A DNA stretch of 64,000 nt from Narcine bancroftii (GCF_036971445.1 NC_091473.1:128898001-128962000), one strand, 5' to 3'; positions 25,632-38,534 are shown, counted from the first letter of the stretch. Numbers and translations: made by a program. The notes: generated from the sequence alone by a model not told the origin.

Positions 25632-27805
25632 TGCGGTGATCCCACAGCTATGCTATTTGTTCCATTTGTACTGTCTCTGTGTGTATGGCTGGCCCGCCTC
25701 TTTGCTGACTATCCCTGTGACTCCTCCCCTTGGAATTCCTTGATAAAGGCAGTTATGCCCAAGTCCATCCTCCAGTACGAACCCTGGAATCGGACCAGCA
25801 ACATGAGGGCACGTTCAGTCTTATTGGAATAAAAGCCTATCTTTTGGTAACTTCCATTCTTTTGAAGTTATGTATAGTGTATCATTTTTTTTCCCCATAA
25901 TTTTTTAACGCGATGCACAAGTTGATGAGGCTGGACAAGGTAGACCTTGATACGCAATCGCTCAAAGCCCCAGATCGATTCGAGCTCTGGCTACATTGTT
26001 TCAATGACTTTCTTCAACCCTCTACTCAAATTGTGGGATCAGCTTTGTCTACTACAATTGTGGATTGGTCACCACACCTATACAGTGATCGGAGGCTGCA
26101 CTACTTATGAAGAGGCAATGGAAAAGCTCCAAAACCAGTACAGGCCGAGGACAAACAAGGTCTACACAAGACATTTTCTGGCCAGTCGCTAACAGCAATC
26201 TGGTGAGCCCCTCAAAGAATACTTTCGAGTCCTGCGTGAACTCGGGCGAGCCTGTGGCTGCAGGGATTTTACTGCAGATGTCTATACAGACGAGCTCATT
26301 CGGGACACCTGTGTAGCAGGTGTCCGATCAGATTATATTCTCCAGCAGCTGCAGGAACAGCATGAACTGACCTTGCAGAGGAGATACCCAAAACATTTGA
26401 TGTAGCCCTCAGTAACACGGTCTCATTCTCCTCCGACAACACATGGGTGCTGCATCTTGGGACATGGAGAATCACAGGCTGCCACCATGCAGGGGCACCA
26501 CAACTTCACTTTGGCTGCCGCCACCATTGACCACTTGAAATGCTACTTCTGCGGTCAACAGAAGTACCCCGGGAAGTGATGCCCAGCCAAGAAAGCAGTA
26601 TACTCAGGATGTGGAAAGAAGGGACGCTACGCAAAAGTTTGTAAGTCCAGAATTCTCCTTTCCATAGCAGCACCGCATGTGGGCAGTGGTGGCAGCCACC
26701 ATCTTTCCAGCATCACTTCCAGCGACACTTCTGTCCTCGAGCAACAGCACTGTGTGCACCACGGAGGCTGCCATCTTACCAGTTTAGATCGCTGGCGCGA
26801 CCTTACTGGTCAAGATTGGACAGTGACCTGGACAACCACCTAGTACTGGCATCAATCACACTCAACCAGGATAGCCCTCACCTGCTTGCCTTTTTGATGA
26901 TGGACGTGAAGGTAAATGGTTGCTTAATGAGCTGTCTGTTTGATAGCGGGAGCACTGAGAGTTTTATACACCCCAATACTGTGGAGCATTATTCACTCAT
27001 GGTGACCCCAGCACATTTCAGGATCTCTATGGCCTCCAAATCCTCCTTGGTAGAGATCTGCAGCTACTGCATAGTGACATTGACCATACGTGCCACGAAG
27101 TATAAAAACTTTAAGCTGCTCTGTGCGCCCATGATACTGAGGTTGGACTTCCAATGCCATCTCAAGAGCATCCTTATGGAGTTCAATCCGCCCCATCCTT
27201 CCCCAGGGTCTGCAACCACCAGTTTTTAAACTGCCTGCCCTCCCCTCTGCATGTAACCAAGCAGCAAATCGCGATCCACCCACCACAACCAACCTGCAGG
27301 CTGTCCATCTTCCCCCGACCCTGTTCACCAATCTCACCCTCAATTGTAAGCCTGTCGCTACTAAGAGCAGGCGATACAGAGGAGAGACGGGAGACAGAGG
27401 TAAAACAGCTTCTGTGTGAGGGGATTATTGAACCTAGAGAGCCCACAAACCCCAGGCAAATGGCCAGGTGGAAAGGGAAAACACCACCATGTGGAAGGCA
27501 GTCCTCCTAGGCCTGAAACTGAAAGGCCTGCCCATTTCCCATTGGCAAGAGGTCCTCCCTCAGGAGCTCCACTCATTTAGTCCCTCCTGTGCATGGCCAC
27601 CAGCACCACGCCACATGAACAAATATTTTCTTTCCTCCGGAGGTCCACGTCAGGGACCACACTGCCGTCCTGGTTGATGTCCCCAGGACCAGTTCTGCTC
27701 CTCAGGCATGGACTGTCATAAGATCGACCCACTGGTCTCCTCCACGCCAACCCCCAATATCCCTATGTGACAAACCCAGATGGGCATGAGGACATGGACT
27801 CCAGC
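25632..27805 (+). mobile_element. Internally deleted, 3'-truncated Gypsy (second family)
   Basis: LTR 25632-25884 (TG...CA, AATAAA at 25828). gag ATG at 25913. CYFCG and CGKKG knuckles. Protease LFDSGSTES. Jumps to integrase ERENTTMWKAV with RT/RH missing. Paralogous to 16958-22615. Confidence 0.85.
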
Positions 27806-28519
27806 TTGTCAGCAGCACATTTCCCCACTGGCTTTAATGTGTTCACGCAAAAAAATGGTGTCTTTCCTATCACGTAATGCAATTGCCCATTCTACACTTG
27901 CCAAATCATAATGTTGGTGTCTGCAGGTGCTGGGGATTGTCAAAGGGGTCAAGGCAGTCAATCCCCAGCATGAGATGCCAGCATTGAGAATATTTTCCTT
28001 TCACACTAGACCCTTATTAGGCTGATTAGCCGTTAATTCCCGGGACCACTTACAAGAGTGAAAGGGGCTATAATCTGTCAGGAGGTCGAGCCTGGATTAT
28101 AGTTGTATCTGTGAGGTCTTGTGCTTGTATTTCTGACAAGAAAGTCATTGGTTGTGATAAAGAAATGCTCCAAGCATTATGTCAGAAGGAGAATCATATT
28201 TGAGTTGTCTTTCCCAACTAACTCCTTTCCAGAGAATTGCATATTTTTCAATCATGGCATTGAAGTCACCCAGAAGGGTGCAAACCAGGAATTTTTTTGC
28301 ATTCAGAGTATATGACTCCCTTGGCTTCCTCCTTAGCTGCCAGAGTTGATTACGATAATTCAGTGTTGTACTAGAATAAGTTTCAGATAAAGAATACAAG
28401 GTAACTGAACCAATGCATGCCCAAAATGGAGAAAAGGTATGCTGCATGCAATACGTACACACTTTTCAGAGCCAAAATCTAGACATCATGATCTGCTTTA
28501 TGGCTATGAGTTAAATGTG

Positions 28520-28780
28520 ATTGAATGGGATTGAAAAATGGCAGAGGGTCGAAAGAGTTCGATAAATGCCAGGGGGGGTTGATTGAACCTTTGGGGTAAA
28601 AAGAATTGTAGAGCCCGAAGTCCCCGCTCCTGCCCAGGAGACCCAGGCAACTTCTTTGATGCGGACGGCACTGCACCCAACGTTGAGAATGGATTCACCC
28701 TCACCGACTCCGGCTGTAGCCGAAGCTGAAGACTTGGGCCCAGCTCCGTTTGGCATCTTCCCGGCCAGAAGCTAAGGGTT
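28520..28780. repeat. GC-rich segment of an unclassified repeat
   Basis: Motif gtccccgctcctgcccaggag is shared with 30460-30545 and 60590-60730. Confidence 0.4.
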
Positions 28781-29929
28781 TTTTTTTAACTGTTATTGTA
28801 ATCACTTACTTTCTTAATTTACAGATTTGTTACTTGGTGATTGGGGTGTTGTAACAAAGTTTGAGTTGTTGCTGGGAGGCCCGGACACCAGTCTCTGACA
28901 CGTTACTTGCAGCTGCTCTGAGGCGATGAGCAGAAAATTGGCAGGAAGTCTTGCTGATACACATTTCTGATTTATATATAATTAGTTTTTATATTCTGAT
29001 TACTTAAACATTATGATAATAATATAGATATAATAATTTATATTTTGTTGGAATCACAAGACAATGGACTGTTATCATACCTATTTCCACATGAATGAAT
29101 TGATTTGGATTTTCTTTACTCATTTGCTTTGTTTTGTAAAATATTTGATAACTATATTATTCATCATTAGCATGGAAGTGTTGCTACATTTTAAAACATT
29201 TTAGCTTAGTTTAGCTTTATTTTCAATATGAAACAAAAATTTGTGTTGTGGCAACGCTAGGCTGAGTACCCCGGCCAGATCATTTCCTGCCTAATGGCAC
29301 CAACTAGTCCAGAGACATCCAATGCATACTCATGCAACATATTCATTTATCCTGCTGTATTTCCACTTATTTTGGTAAGCTTAAAAACTTTTATGTTGGA
29401 TTCAAAGATTATATTCAATATTTTGTACATTTCTCATGATTTCCACAATAACAGAGAACAGTTTTTCCTTTTAGTGTCACTATATTTCATGAGATTTTCA
29501 AGGGGGGAGGGGATACAGAACACAGTCTCACAGAGACTCACAGAGTACATGGAAACTGCAAGTCTACTTAATATTTATTATATTTTTTGTACATGGCTGT
29601 GGATCTATGAGGGATCAAGGATTCCATGAAAGGGTCGATGGTCTAAAATGTTTGGGGACCCCTGCTCTAGAAGATGCTGGAATCAGCTGATATATGAACT
29701 TCAAATATTTTATCACAATTTTTCTTTGTAGCCTTACTTTGATGTGTCCGCGGAATTTTTTTTTACCCTATCTTCCTGCAAGCATTCTCTACTTTCTCAG
29801 GTTTGGTTACAATGCATTTTCTTTTACCAGTACTTTTCTTTATTATTTGTTCAGGCTCACTTATGATATCATAAAGAAATTGATTGTATTCTCTGCGAGA
29901 AAATAAAGAAAGTCTTACATCTAGTTGCG

Positions 29930-30210
29930 CCGCTCTAGAAGGATATCAATAAAATGGAGAGGGTGCAGAGGAGATTCACCAGGATGTTACTGGGCCTGAA
30001 AGGATTGAGTTATAGGGAGATGTTGGATAGGTTGGATCTCATTTCATTCGATTATAGGTGGTTTAGGGGTGACCTTAGAGGTTTAGAAAATCATGAGGGG
30101 CAAGGTAAAATGAATGCTCCTAGTCTTTTGCTAGTGCAAAAGATTTTAGGCACAGGTTTAAAGTGAGAGAATTAAGAGTGTCCCGAGGGGCAACTTTTTC
30201 ACTCTGCAGG
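29930..30210 (+). mobile_element. CR1 fragment
   Basis: MERVQRRFTRML.GL.GLSYRE.LDRL. Confidence 0.85.
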
Positions 30211-30278
30211 TAGTCCATTTCTGGATTTAGCCAATTTTCATACACTGAAAAGCCATGCATAGGAAAGCAATGATGATA

Positions 30279-30612
30279 CAGTGAAACCCCATTCAAATGA
30301 GATCGTTGATTTCCATAAGATCTCATTGTGAAAGAAACGGGGTCGCGCTAAATCGGGGTTTCACTGTATTTCCCTTTTTAATTTGCATACCTACATCATT
30401 TCCATTTCTCCTTTATTTGGAACATCCCAGTCATTCTGTATGCATTTTAATTCAACCTGGGAGCCCAATGTCCCCGCTTCTGCCGGGAACCTGATGCTCC
30501 GCTTTTGCTGGGAGCCTGACGTCCTGATGTCCCCAATGCCCGAGTCCAATGACTCATCGCCTTATATCCAAATCTGCATTAAATCAGGGTGCGCAAAATC
30601 AGGGTTTCACTA
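30279..30612. mobile_element. Tigger-like MITE with an extra internal TIR
   Basis: TA-CAGTGAAACCCC ... GGGGTTTCACTG-TA (30279-30366), plus a second right end AGGGTTTCACTA-TA at about 30601-30614. Confidence 0.7.
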
Positions 30613-32083
30613 TAATTTGTCTTGTGCATTGATTCAAGGTTAATATGAACTGCAATATAATGAGCAAAACCTTATACTATCTTGAAACATGGGACAAATT
30701 AGGTTCAACCAAAAAGGCAGACTTGTGCTTTGTTCACCATCTCATTCATAAGGCAGCAGCTATGAGAGTTACACTCATCAACTTTAACCAAGATTTTGTG
30801 ATGTTAACCTGTACCTAATTCAGATATGTTATGTAAGTACAAGTTGTTATTGAAATACCATATTGGTATTGAAATACCAATTGTTTTTACATTACCCTTC
30901 ATCTCTCTTGCAAACTAAAAACTGTATTTAATGCAGATGGGATGTAGTCAAAACGCAAGTGATGGAACAAATTAACTGAATGAAATATCTCGGCAACATA
31001 ACTTCATTCGATGTTTTAGAGGAATGGCACACTTGTTTATTCTGTTCAAGAATACATCATCTCAGAAGATAAAGAATTTTTAAATGAAGCTGGACATGAA
31101 ATAAAATCAGAACAGGACAACAAAAGATTACTTGACTGATAATTTAAATATTCCAGGATATATTCTCCATAAGTATTAGACATCAAACCGGTTAAAGCAG
31201 TTGTGACATGGAGTTTCTTGTAAAACATCAAATTTAAGACAAGATTCAAAGTGGTTTTAAGAAGGGCAAACTACTTGAGACATCTCTGTTGCAAAAAAGT
31301 AACGTAAGTGTCAATAATGATAAAACATCTCTGTCTTTTTTCATTAAAATCTCACTCTGTCAGCAGTATCCCTTTGGATCAAAACTATTGCCTGCCTTAT
31401 TTGAAAATATATCATGCATTTAAATATTTATTGGTTTTACTGTATGATTCTCATTGAGCAAGAGAAAATATTTATTGGAGCTTGTAGAGAGGTAAGTAAG
31501 GAAATTAGATTTTTGCATTTAGCACAGATGGGGGATGAAATTCTTTCAGCTGGAAAGTAATCAGATGGTGTAGAAAACCAGAAATCCTCAAATTAATCTG
31601 ACAGAAGGTGAAACTGAGAGCTGATATGTAAAATTAATTAAAACTTCATACATTATCTTTTTAAACATTGATAAATAAAATTGACTTGGTCACATAAAAA
31701 AGGCTTAAAGCAATTAAAAACATTAAAGCAAAACAAAGTAATGTCAGAAAAGTGCCCTTGCCTTCTAAATCTGTGTATGACAAATCCCAGAGAATGAAAT
31801 ACGAAAGTCTGCAGATTCTGAGATTATAGTAAAAACACAAAAATGCTGGAGTAACTTAGCAGGTATCGCAGGGTCCATACGAGATAAAGATATGTAACCA
31901 TGCCTGAACCCTTCTTCGAGGTATGAGCAACAAGCAGGAAGATGCCTGAATAAAAAAGTTGGGGAGAAGGGAAGAGAGAGCAGAGGAAGGAGCACAGGCC
32001 GAGAAGCAAAAGCAAAAATTGGACATGGATAGGTGGACAGGAGAGGAAAAGTGAGAATTGATCGGGGCAAAGGGATGGCTCTG

Positions 32084-32288
32084 TGTAGCGTAGTTCTCCC
32101 TCCAGTCAGAGGGAGAACTAACGTTTTTATCAGCTTACAACACAAGTAGGGTTCATGAATAGGCTTCAGAGGGGTTCTGGATTTAGGCGGGAAACCAGGG
32201 TTATATACGGGCTCCTGGGGGGAGGAGCCAGGAGCGGGGGAACCAGTCATTAGTACAGCATACTTCTCGTGAGTCCCAGTTCGCTACA
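32084..32288 (-). mobile_element. Solo LTR
   Basis: TGTAGCG...CGCTACA terminal inverted ends, perfect 5-bp TSD CTCTG, TATATAA on the minus strand. Confidence 0.85.
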
Positions 32289-32615
32289 CTCTGTGAGTGC
32301 AGAGCTGGAGGAAGGAGAAATAGGAAAAGGGGGAGCAATGGAAACCAGAGAAATTGATGTTAATGCCACCTGATTGGAGGGTGCCCAGATAGAATATAAG
32401 GTGTTGCTCCTCCAATCTGCGGGCAGTCCCAGTTTGGCAGTGCATAAAACTATGGTCAGCCACGTCATCATGGGAGTGGGGAATTGAAATAGGTTGCGCC
32501 TGGCAGATCCCCACCACCAAAGCAGATAAAGCAAAGGCACAGAACTAAACAGTTTCTCAGTTCACGCCCAGCCTCCCTGACGCAAAGAACACAATGAGAG
32601 CTGACTCCTGCAGAT

Positions 32616-32808
32616 TGGGGTGATATGTCATTACACCACTAGGTCACCAGGGGTCATCCCAGTGACCTTGTCTATCAAGCAGTCCAGAGCTACAGTCTAG
32701 CCTTCCAGGTTCGTCTTGCAGAGAGACAAGACCTCTTAGTGTACCCATTAGTTTATTAAAGCTGTCTTATACTCGCACTGCTGGTGTGGTTATCTGTGTG
32801 GTACACAG
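32616..32808 (+). mobile_element. LTR-like insert
   Basis: TG...CA ends, ATTAAA near 32755, interrupts the PLE sequence. Confidence 0.5.
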
Positions 32809-32916
32809 ATGACTCCTGTAGATTCATGTAAGGTATTGCTTCACTTGGAAGGACTATTTGGGGAGCTGAATGGTGGCGAGAGTGTTGGCAACACTTCACT
32901 TGTGAATCTGCAGGGA

Positions 32917-32920
<4 letters not shown>

Positions 32921-32958
<38 letters not shown>
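32921..32958. repeat. (TC)n microsatellite
   Basis: Pure TC run. Confidence 0.95.
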
Positions 32959-32961
<3 letters not shown>

Positions 32962-34629
32962 CTTCTCTCCTACTATTTCCACCCAAATCTTCCCCATTCT
33001 CTTTCATTGACAAGTAAATATTGATTGTTCTGTGATCTCTATATTTTTCTTACCCTAGAAAGCTGATGTATTCACTTAGGTTTCCTAAGTACAACTTAAC
33101 AATGGACTTCAATGCTGTATGCATTTGCATTTTGTTTTTCCATTTACTGAGAGTTATTAAGGAGATCAACAAAACCCCATAACAATGAATTAGATGCATC
33201 AGGTTCTTTCAAATTGCATTTCCTTCCTGTTAGGAACCATTAGAGAGTCACAAACAAGGATGTCTTTGAAACTGCATTATTGCATCTGCCCTTCAGCAAT
33301 GTTTCCAGGATGGAAAATATTGCACATATTATAGGCAATTACACCAAAGCTCCGATCCATTAGTAGGCCAATTTTTAGTTCTGCAAAAGCCTACTGGCTT
33401 GTTTGATATTCTCAATATCAGTAACATTTCTTAAACTGCATAGTTGATACAAAATATTTGGTGTTTTGTGACATAGCCTATTAGATATTAAGACTGCAAA
33501 AGAAGCATTGCATTACATGTACCTACCTATTCGGCATTACATTTTTATTAGAAATATTATGCAGAATAATACATATGATATAATTCAATGGCAAGATTTG
33601 CTGGAAATGTTAGCAACCACTGTATCAGAGATCCTGCTTCATAAGCACACCAAATTAAAGCAATGTAACTGGTAACTCCAGAAAAATGTGTAAAGGTAGA
33701 AACAGGATAGCAAGCAAAAATAAGGCCAGGAAAGTTGATTTTCAATGTTGAGACAAGTTTGATTAGAGAATCGCCAAAGAGAAATTTGTACTAAACAGAC
33801 CAGACAGAGTCATGCAGACATATGCCTTTATATGCAAACAAACAATGCAATGAGTTTAAGATTAATTCAGCTATAGAGGGGACAATTGGGGGTCAGTAAT
33901 ATGCACATTAGGAAGTCCTGGATAGTGCCATTAACCTAAGAATATATCTTTAGGATCTATTCTGGCAAAGCAAAATGGAGTTTCTCATAATAACCAAAAC
34001 GAAACTATACATCATGGTAGCGGACAACACTGTGGCATGGAGTCAAAGAGTTCCAAGCATGGAAATAAGCCTTTTGACTCAACAAAGCTGATCCCATTTC
34101 TCTCCAAACCTTTCATATCTTTGAGCCAATTTAAATGTCTTATGAATGTTACAGTTGCCACTTCTGGCAGCTCTTTTCATATGCTCACCATCCTCTGTGT
34201 AAAAAAAGGTGCCCCTCAAGTCCCCTTTCACCTTAAATCTATGTTCTCAAGTTTTATATTCCTTTACCCTGGGAAAAAAAAGTTTTGGTGATTTAATTCA
34301 ATTATGCGCTGCATGATCTAAAATAGAAACACTTAAACTGTCTTTCCTTTCACCTCTGACACTCCAGGGAGAAAAATTCTTAATAATACAAGCCCATAAA
34401 TTATGGAAACATTGCTGTGAATCTTTTCTGCACCCTTTCCGGCTAAATGCTTCCTACAGCTGGGTGACCAAACCAAACGTACAATACTCCAAATGTGATC
34501 TCACCTATGTCTTGTATAGTTGTAACTTGATCTCCCTGCTGCTAAATTCCATGCCTAATTATGAAGGCAGTTTTCCAAATGTCTCCTTCAACACTCTGTC
34601 CAAGTGTTGCCATTTCATGGAAGGAACAT

Positions 34630-34815
34630 GGAGGACACAGTTAGTTACAATAGAGCTTAGTGCAATGTTATTGCAGCACTACCGACCTGTGTTTGAATAT
34701 GGTGCTGTGTGTAAGGAGTTTGTATGTTCTTTGTGTCCAGTGTAGGTTTTCCCCAGGTGCTCTGGTTTCCACCCATGTTCTAAAATACACGCAAGTGGTA
34801 GGTTCATTGGGTTTA
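34630..34815 (+). mobile_element. tRNA-derived SINE (V-SINE/HE1-like)
   Basis: Conserved core gtaaggagtttgtatgttct...gtaggttttccccaggtgctctggtttcc. Confidence 0.75.
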
Positions 34816-34953
34816 AATAGCTAGAATCCATTTCTACCATGTTGTGGATACATATACATTTAATTTTTTGTACCTGATTTCCAAGTTTCTGTCCTCCAAC
34901 ACTCCCCAGGGCGCGACTATTCACCACATAAACCCTCCCCTGGTTTATCCTAT

Positions 34954-35940
34954 TGTGACAGATTATGTTATATTTTATATTGTAAATAGATATTTTTAAA
35001 GGAGAAAAATTGGGACAGGGTTTTAGTGTAGGTCATATACAAACATTTTAGAACAGATTTCATGTAAAATACTGGAGCTCTGCTCAAGCCAGACAGGCAG
35101 GCTCCAATGACCTTTGCAAAAGCTTTGGGAAGTGCCAATAGAGGCTTCACTAATGGATTGTTGTTTTGAAAAGCAACAAATGAAAGAACTCAAGAGAATC
35201 AGTTTAGGAACCACAGTCTGTCTGACTGCAGTTTGCTGTTCTAAGAGGGTCATGTGGTTTTGCAAGCAGAGAGTAAAACCAGCTTTTTTCTCTGGAAGAG
35301 AGATAGAGAGACAGTTCTACAGTTCAGCAGCAGCAGCTGGGACTGGAACAGGACAAGCTGGAAAGCTTGTGGAAAACCCCATTTTGAAGACAGGTTGTGA
35401 GTTCTTAGTTCAGCCTGGTCAAAGCCATTATGGTCCATGCAAGAGGAGAGGACTGGCTGCTTAAAGTTTCATTTGAAATAAGAGAAACAAAAAGGAACTC
35501 TGTGGTGACCTGAAAGAAAGAGGTTATCATCTAGAAAACCCTGACATAGCTGATTAGAAGGAATCAGTTTGTATCCAGCGATCAACAAATCTCTGAAAAC
35601 TAACAAGAACCTTCCTTAGCAGTACTTTTCAAGCCTGGTAAAATTCATCAATTCTGTCCATAGTATAAGAATTGCCTGCAACCAGTGAACTTGGAGGAGT
35701 TAGAAGTTAGATTGTACTGTGAATTAAAGAACTTTTCTAAACTTACACACACACATTACAAACATGTGCGCTTAGAATTAGAAGGGGGTTAAGTTAGGTT
35801 AATTCAGTTAATAGTAATAAGTTAGAGTTTGATCCTGTTTTCATGTTTAATGATAATTAAAAGCAATTTTGTTTAAGAAACCATTTGTCTTGGTGAATAT
35901 CTATTGCTGATGGATTTTGGGGTCCTCTGGGTTCGTAACG
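34954..35940 (+). mobile_element. Long solo LTR
   Basis: TGTGACA...CGTAACG with 4-bp TSD CTAT. Related to 57823-58996. Confidence 0.8.
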
Positions 35941-36634
35941 CTATCAAAGTATTACAGCTCATTCTTGTCCAATTTAAATTCTATTTGCCATTCTTGGGCT
36001 CACTTTCCTATCTTATCCAGATCCTGTTGTAATCTTTGATAACCTGTATCAATGACCACTGTATCACCAATATTGGTGTCATTCTAAACTTACTGACATT
36101 GATAACCATATTATTATTTTAATATAGATGTCACGGAATAGTGGATTCAGCACCAATCCTATCAGCACACAACTGGTCACAGGCCTTCCAACTGAGTAAC
36201 CACACTCTGTCTTCTACTATCAAGTCAACTCTGTATCCAATTGGCCAGCTTATCCTGGTTCGCATTTAATCTAAGCTTCCAGATCAGCCTACCATGTGGG
36301 ACCTTGTCGAAAGCCTTGCTAAAGTCCACGTGGTCCTGCTCTCATCAATTTTCCTCATGAGTGTTTTTCAAAACACTCAATCAAATTCATGAGAAATGAT
36401 TTCCCATGCTCACAATCCCTAAATAGTCCTGGCCTTTCAAAGTGCAGGGAGATCCTGGATCTCATAATCTCCTCTGGTACCATACCGATGAGTGACATTA
36501 AGTTCACTGGCCAGCTGTTCGCTGGTTTATCCTTAAGGTCCTTTTGAAACAAAGTCGTATTATTATTCACCCTCCAGATTTTGGCTTCTCACTTGTGCAT
36601 AAGATTGAAGTAAATATCTTTGTCAGAGATCCTG

Positions 36635-37566
36635 TAAACAACTTCTGCTCCTCACTATTCTCAACACAGGCGCATCCCAAGGATATGTGCTTAGCCCACT
36701 CCTCTACTCGTTATACACTCACAACTGTGTGGCCAGGTACAATTCCAATGCCATCTACAAGTTTGTTGATGACATCACAGTTGTCGGCAGAATCACAAAC
36801 ACCAATGAGGACGTGTACAGGAGGGAGATAGATCAGCTCGTTGAATGGTGTAACGACAACAACCTTGCACTCAATGTCAGCAAAATGAAGGATATGATTG
36901 TGGACTTCAGGAGGAAGTCAGGGGAATATGACCCAGTCCTCATCGAGGGCTCAGTAGTGAAGAGGGTAAAGAAATGTCAACATCTCTGAGGATCTGTCCT
37001 GGAGCCTTCACTTTGATGCAATCACAAAGAAGGCTTGCAGTGCTTATACTTTGTGAGGTGTCTGAGGAGCTTCAGTCTGTCACCAAAAACTCTCGTAAAT
37101 TTCTACATGTGTACTGCGGAGAGCATTCTGGCTGGTTGCATCACTGCCTGGTATGGAGGCGCCAACTCTCAGGACAAGAGTAAACTCCAAAGTGGCCTGC
37201 GACTTCACAGGCACCAGACTTCACTTCATGAGGCGGTCTTTAAAATGTAGCCTCTAACCTCAAAGACCCCCCACCACCCAGGCCATGCCCTCTTCACACT
37301 GCTATCATCAAGAAAAAGGTACAGGAGCTTAAAGATGAGCACTCAACAGCAAAAGGATAGCTTCTTCCCCGCTGCCATCAGATTCCTGAATAATCAATGA
37401 ACCAAAGACATGACCTCACTTTTCGTGCAGTCTTATTATTATTATATTTTTATAGCAATGTTGTAAGAAGGTTAAAATATGGATGTTTGTTCTATGACGC
37501 TGCCACAAAACACCAAATTTCATGACTTGTTCATGAGAATAAATCTTGATTCTGATTCTGATTCTC
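36635..37566 (+). mobile_element. Rex1/Babar LINE, 5'-truncated
   Basis: LSPLLYSLYTH.CVA...YKFVDDITVVG motif. (ATTCTG)n tail. Confidence 0.9.
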
Positions 37567-37874
37567 AATTTCTCCCCTGGCTTCACATAATGTCCTGGGA
37601 TGCACTTCATCAGGCCCCCCAGGCACTTATCTACCATTATGCATTTTAACACCTTCCGTACCACCTATTCTGTAATGTCTCTTTAAGACTTCACTGAATT
37701 CCCTACTCTCGATTTTTTCACCATGGTAAATACAGATGAGAAACACTTGTCCAGGACCTCATCCATCTCCAGGAGCTCCACACATGGATGCCTTTTATTA
37801 TCCTTAGGGGCCCTATTCTTTCCCCAGTTACTCTTTTGCCTTTTATCAATAGAAACAGGGAAACCTTTTGTTTT

Positions 37875-38534
37875 GAGAAAATCTGCAGATACTGGGGTCC
37901 AGTGCAATATCCAAAAGAGAAACTCAACAGGTCATGCTGCATTCATAGAGAGCACAAGGCAGTCAATGTTTTGGGCCTGAGCCCTTCAATATGATATCAG
38001 GCAAACACCTGAATAATAAGTGATGGGAAGGGGGTGTTGAAAGGGGAGGAGAAGGGGTAGCCTTAAGTAAGGGGTAATAGGTGGATACAGGTTTGAGGTT
38101 GAAGAAGCTGAGAAATAATAGGGGAGAGAGCTGATAACAAAGTAAGATAGCTCTGATAGAAGCAAGGGAAGGGGGTGAGAAGCTGAGGAAGGAAGATAGA
38201 GGGATGAGGGAAAGTGAGAGAACAGGGACCAATTACTGTTAACCCCTCCCCCACTTTCTCGCTTTCCCTCATCCCTCTCTCTCCCTTCTTTCTGTCAGAG
38301 AGCTATCCTTCTTAGCCCTGGGGCCTCCCTCCCTATCACCTCAGCTTCTTAGCAGCTTTCTCTTCTGGCCTCGCATCTGTATCCACCTATTACTTCTTAC
38401 CTGTTAGCCTGTGCTCCTCCTACTTCCTCTCACCTCCAATCTATTTATTCAAGCATCTGCCTAATATTCAGCATTCCTTAAGAAGGGCTCAGGCCCAAAA
38501 CATTGACTATCTTTTACTTTCTCTATATGCTGTG
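37875..38534. mobile_element. Palindromic Penelope-derived element (two inverted pLTRs)
   Basis: 37950-38230 mirrors 38240-38510. Both arms contain gaagggctcaggcccaaaacattgact. Confidence 0.75.

Larger units (their letters stand above)
23850..28069 (+). mobile_element. PIF/Harbinger DNA transposon, decayed, carrying a Gypsy insertion
   Basis: Imperfect TIRs AGGCCCTTTCAGACTTG / CAAGAGTGAAAGGGGCT. 3-bp flank ATA on both sides. Internal Harbinger transposase remnants. Confidence 0.75.
31790..32925 (-). mobile_element. Penelope-like fragment interrupted by two LTR-like inserts
   Basis: RRLEEQHLIFYLGTLQSGGININFS on the minus strand. pLTR end at about 31840-31925. Confidence 0.8.
34035..37850 (-). 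mobile_element. Old CR1 LINE split by SINE, solo LTR and Rex1 insertions
   Basis: Minus-strand CR1 pieces at 34035-34620, 34860-34953, 35941-36630 (DFSKAFDKVPH, PVNLMS) and 37567-37850 (EVLDKCFSSVFT). Confidence 0.75.

Noticed and set aside
29615-29671. hAT right end (...gtttggggacccctg ctctagaa)
   Set aside because: No matching left TIR or TSD found, so the extent cannot be defined.
31020-31140. Protein-like open stretch on the plus strand (also 33552-33672, and 44640-44810 on the minus strand)
   Set aside because: Short, no homology recognised, and strands are inconsistent.
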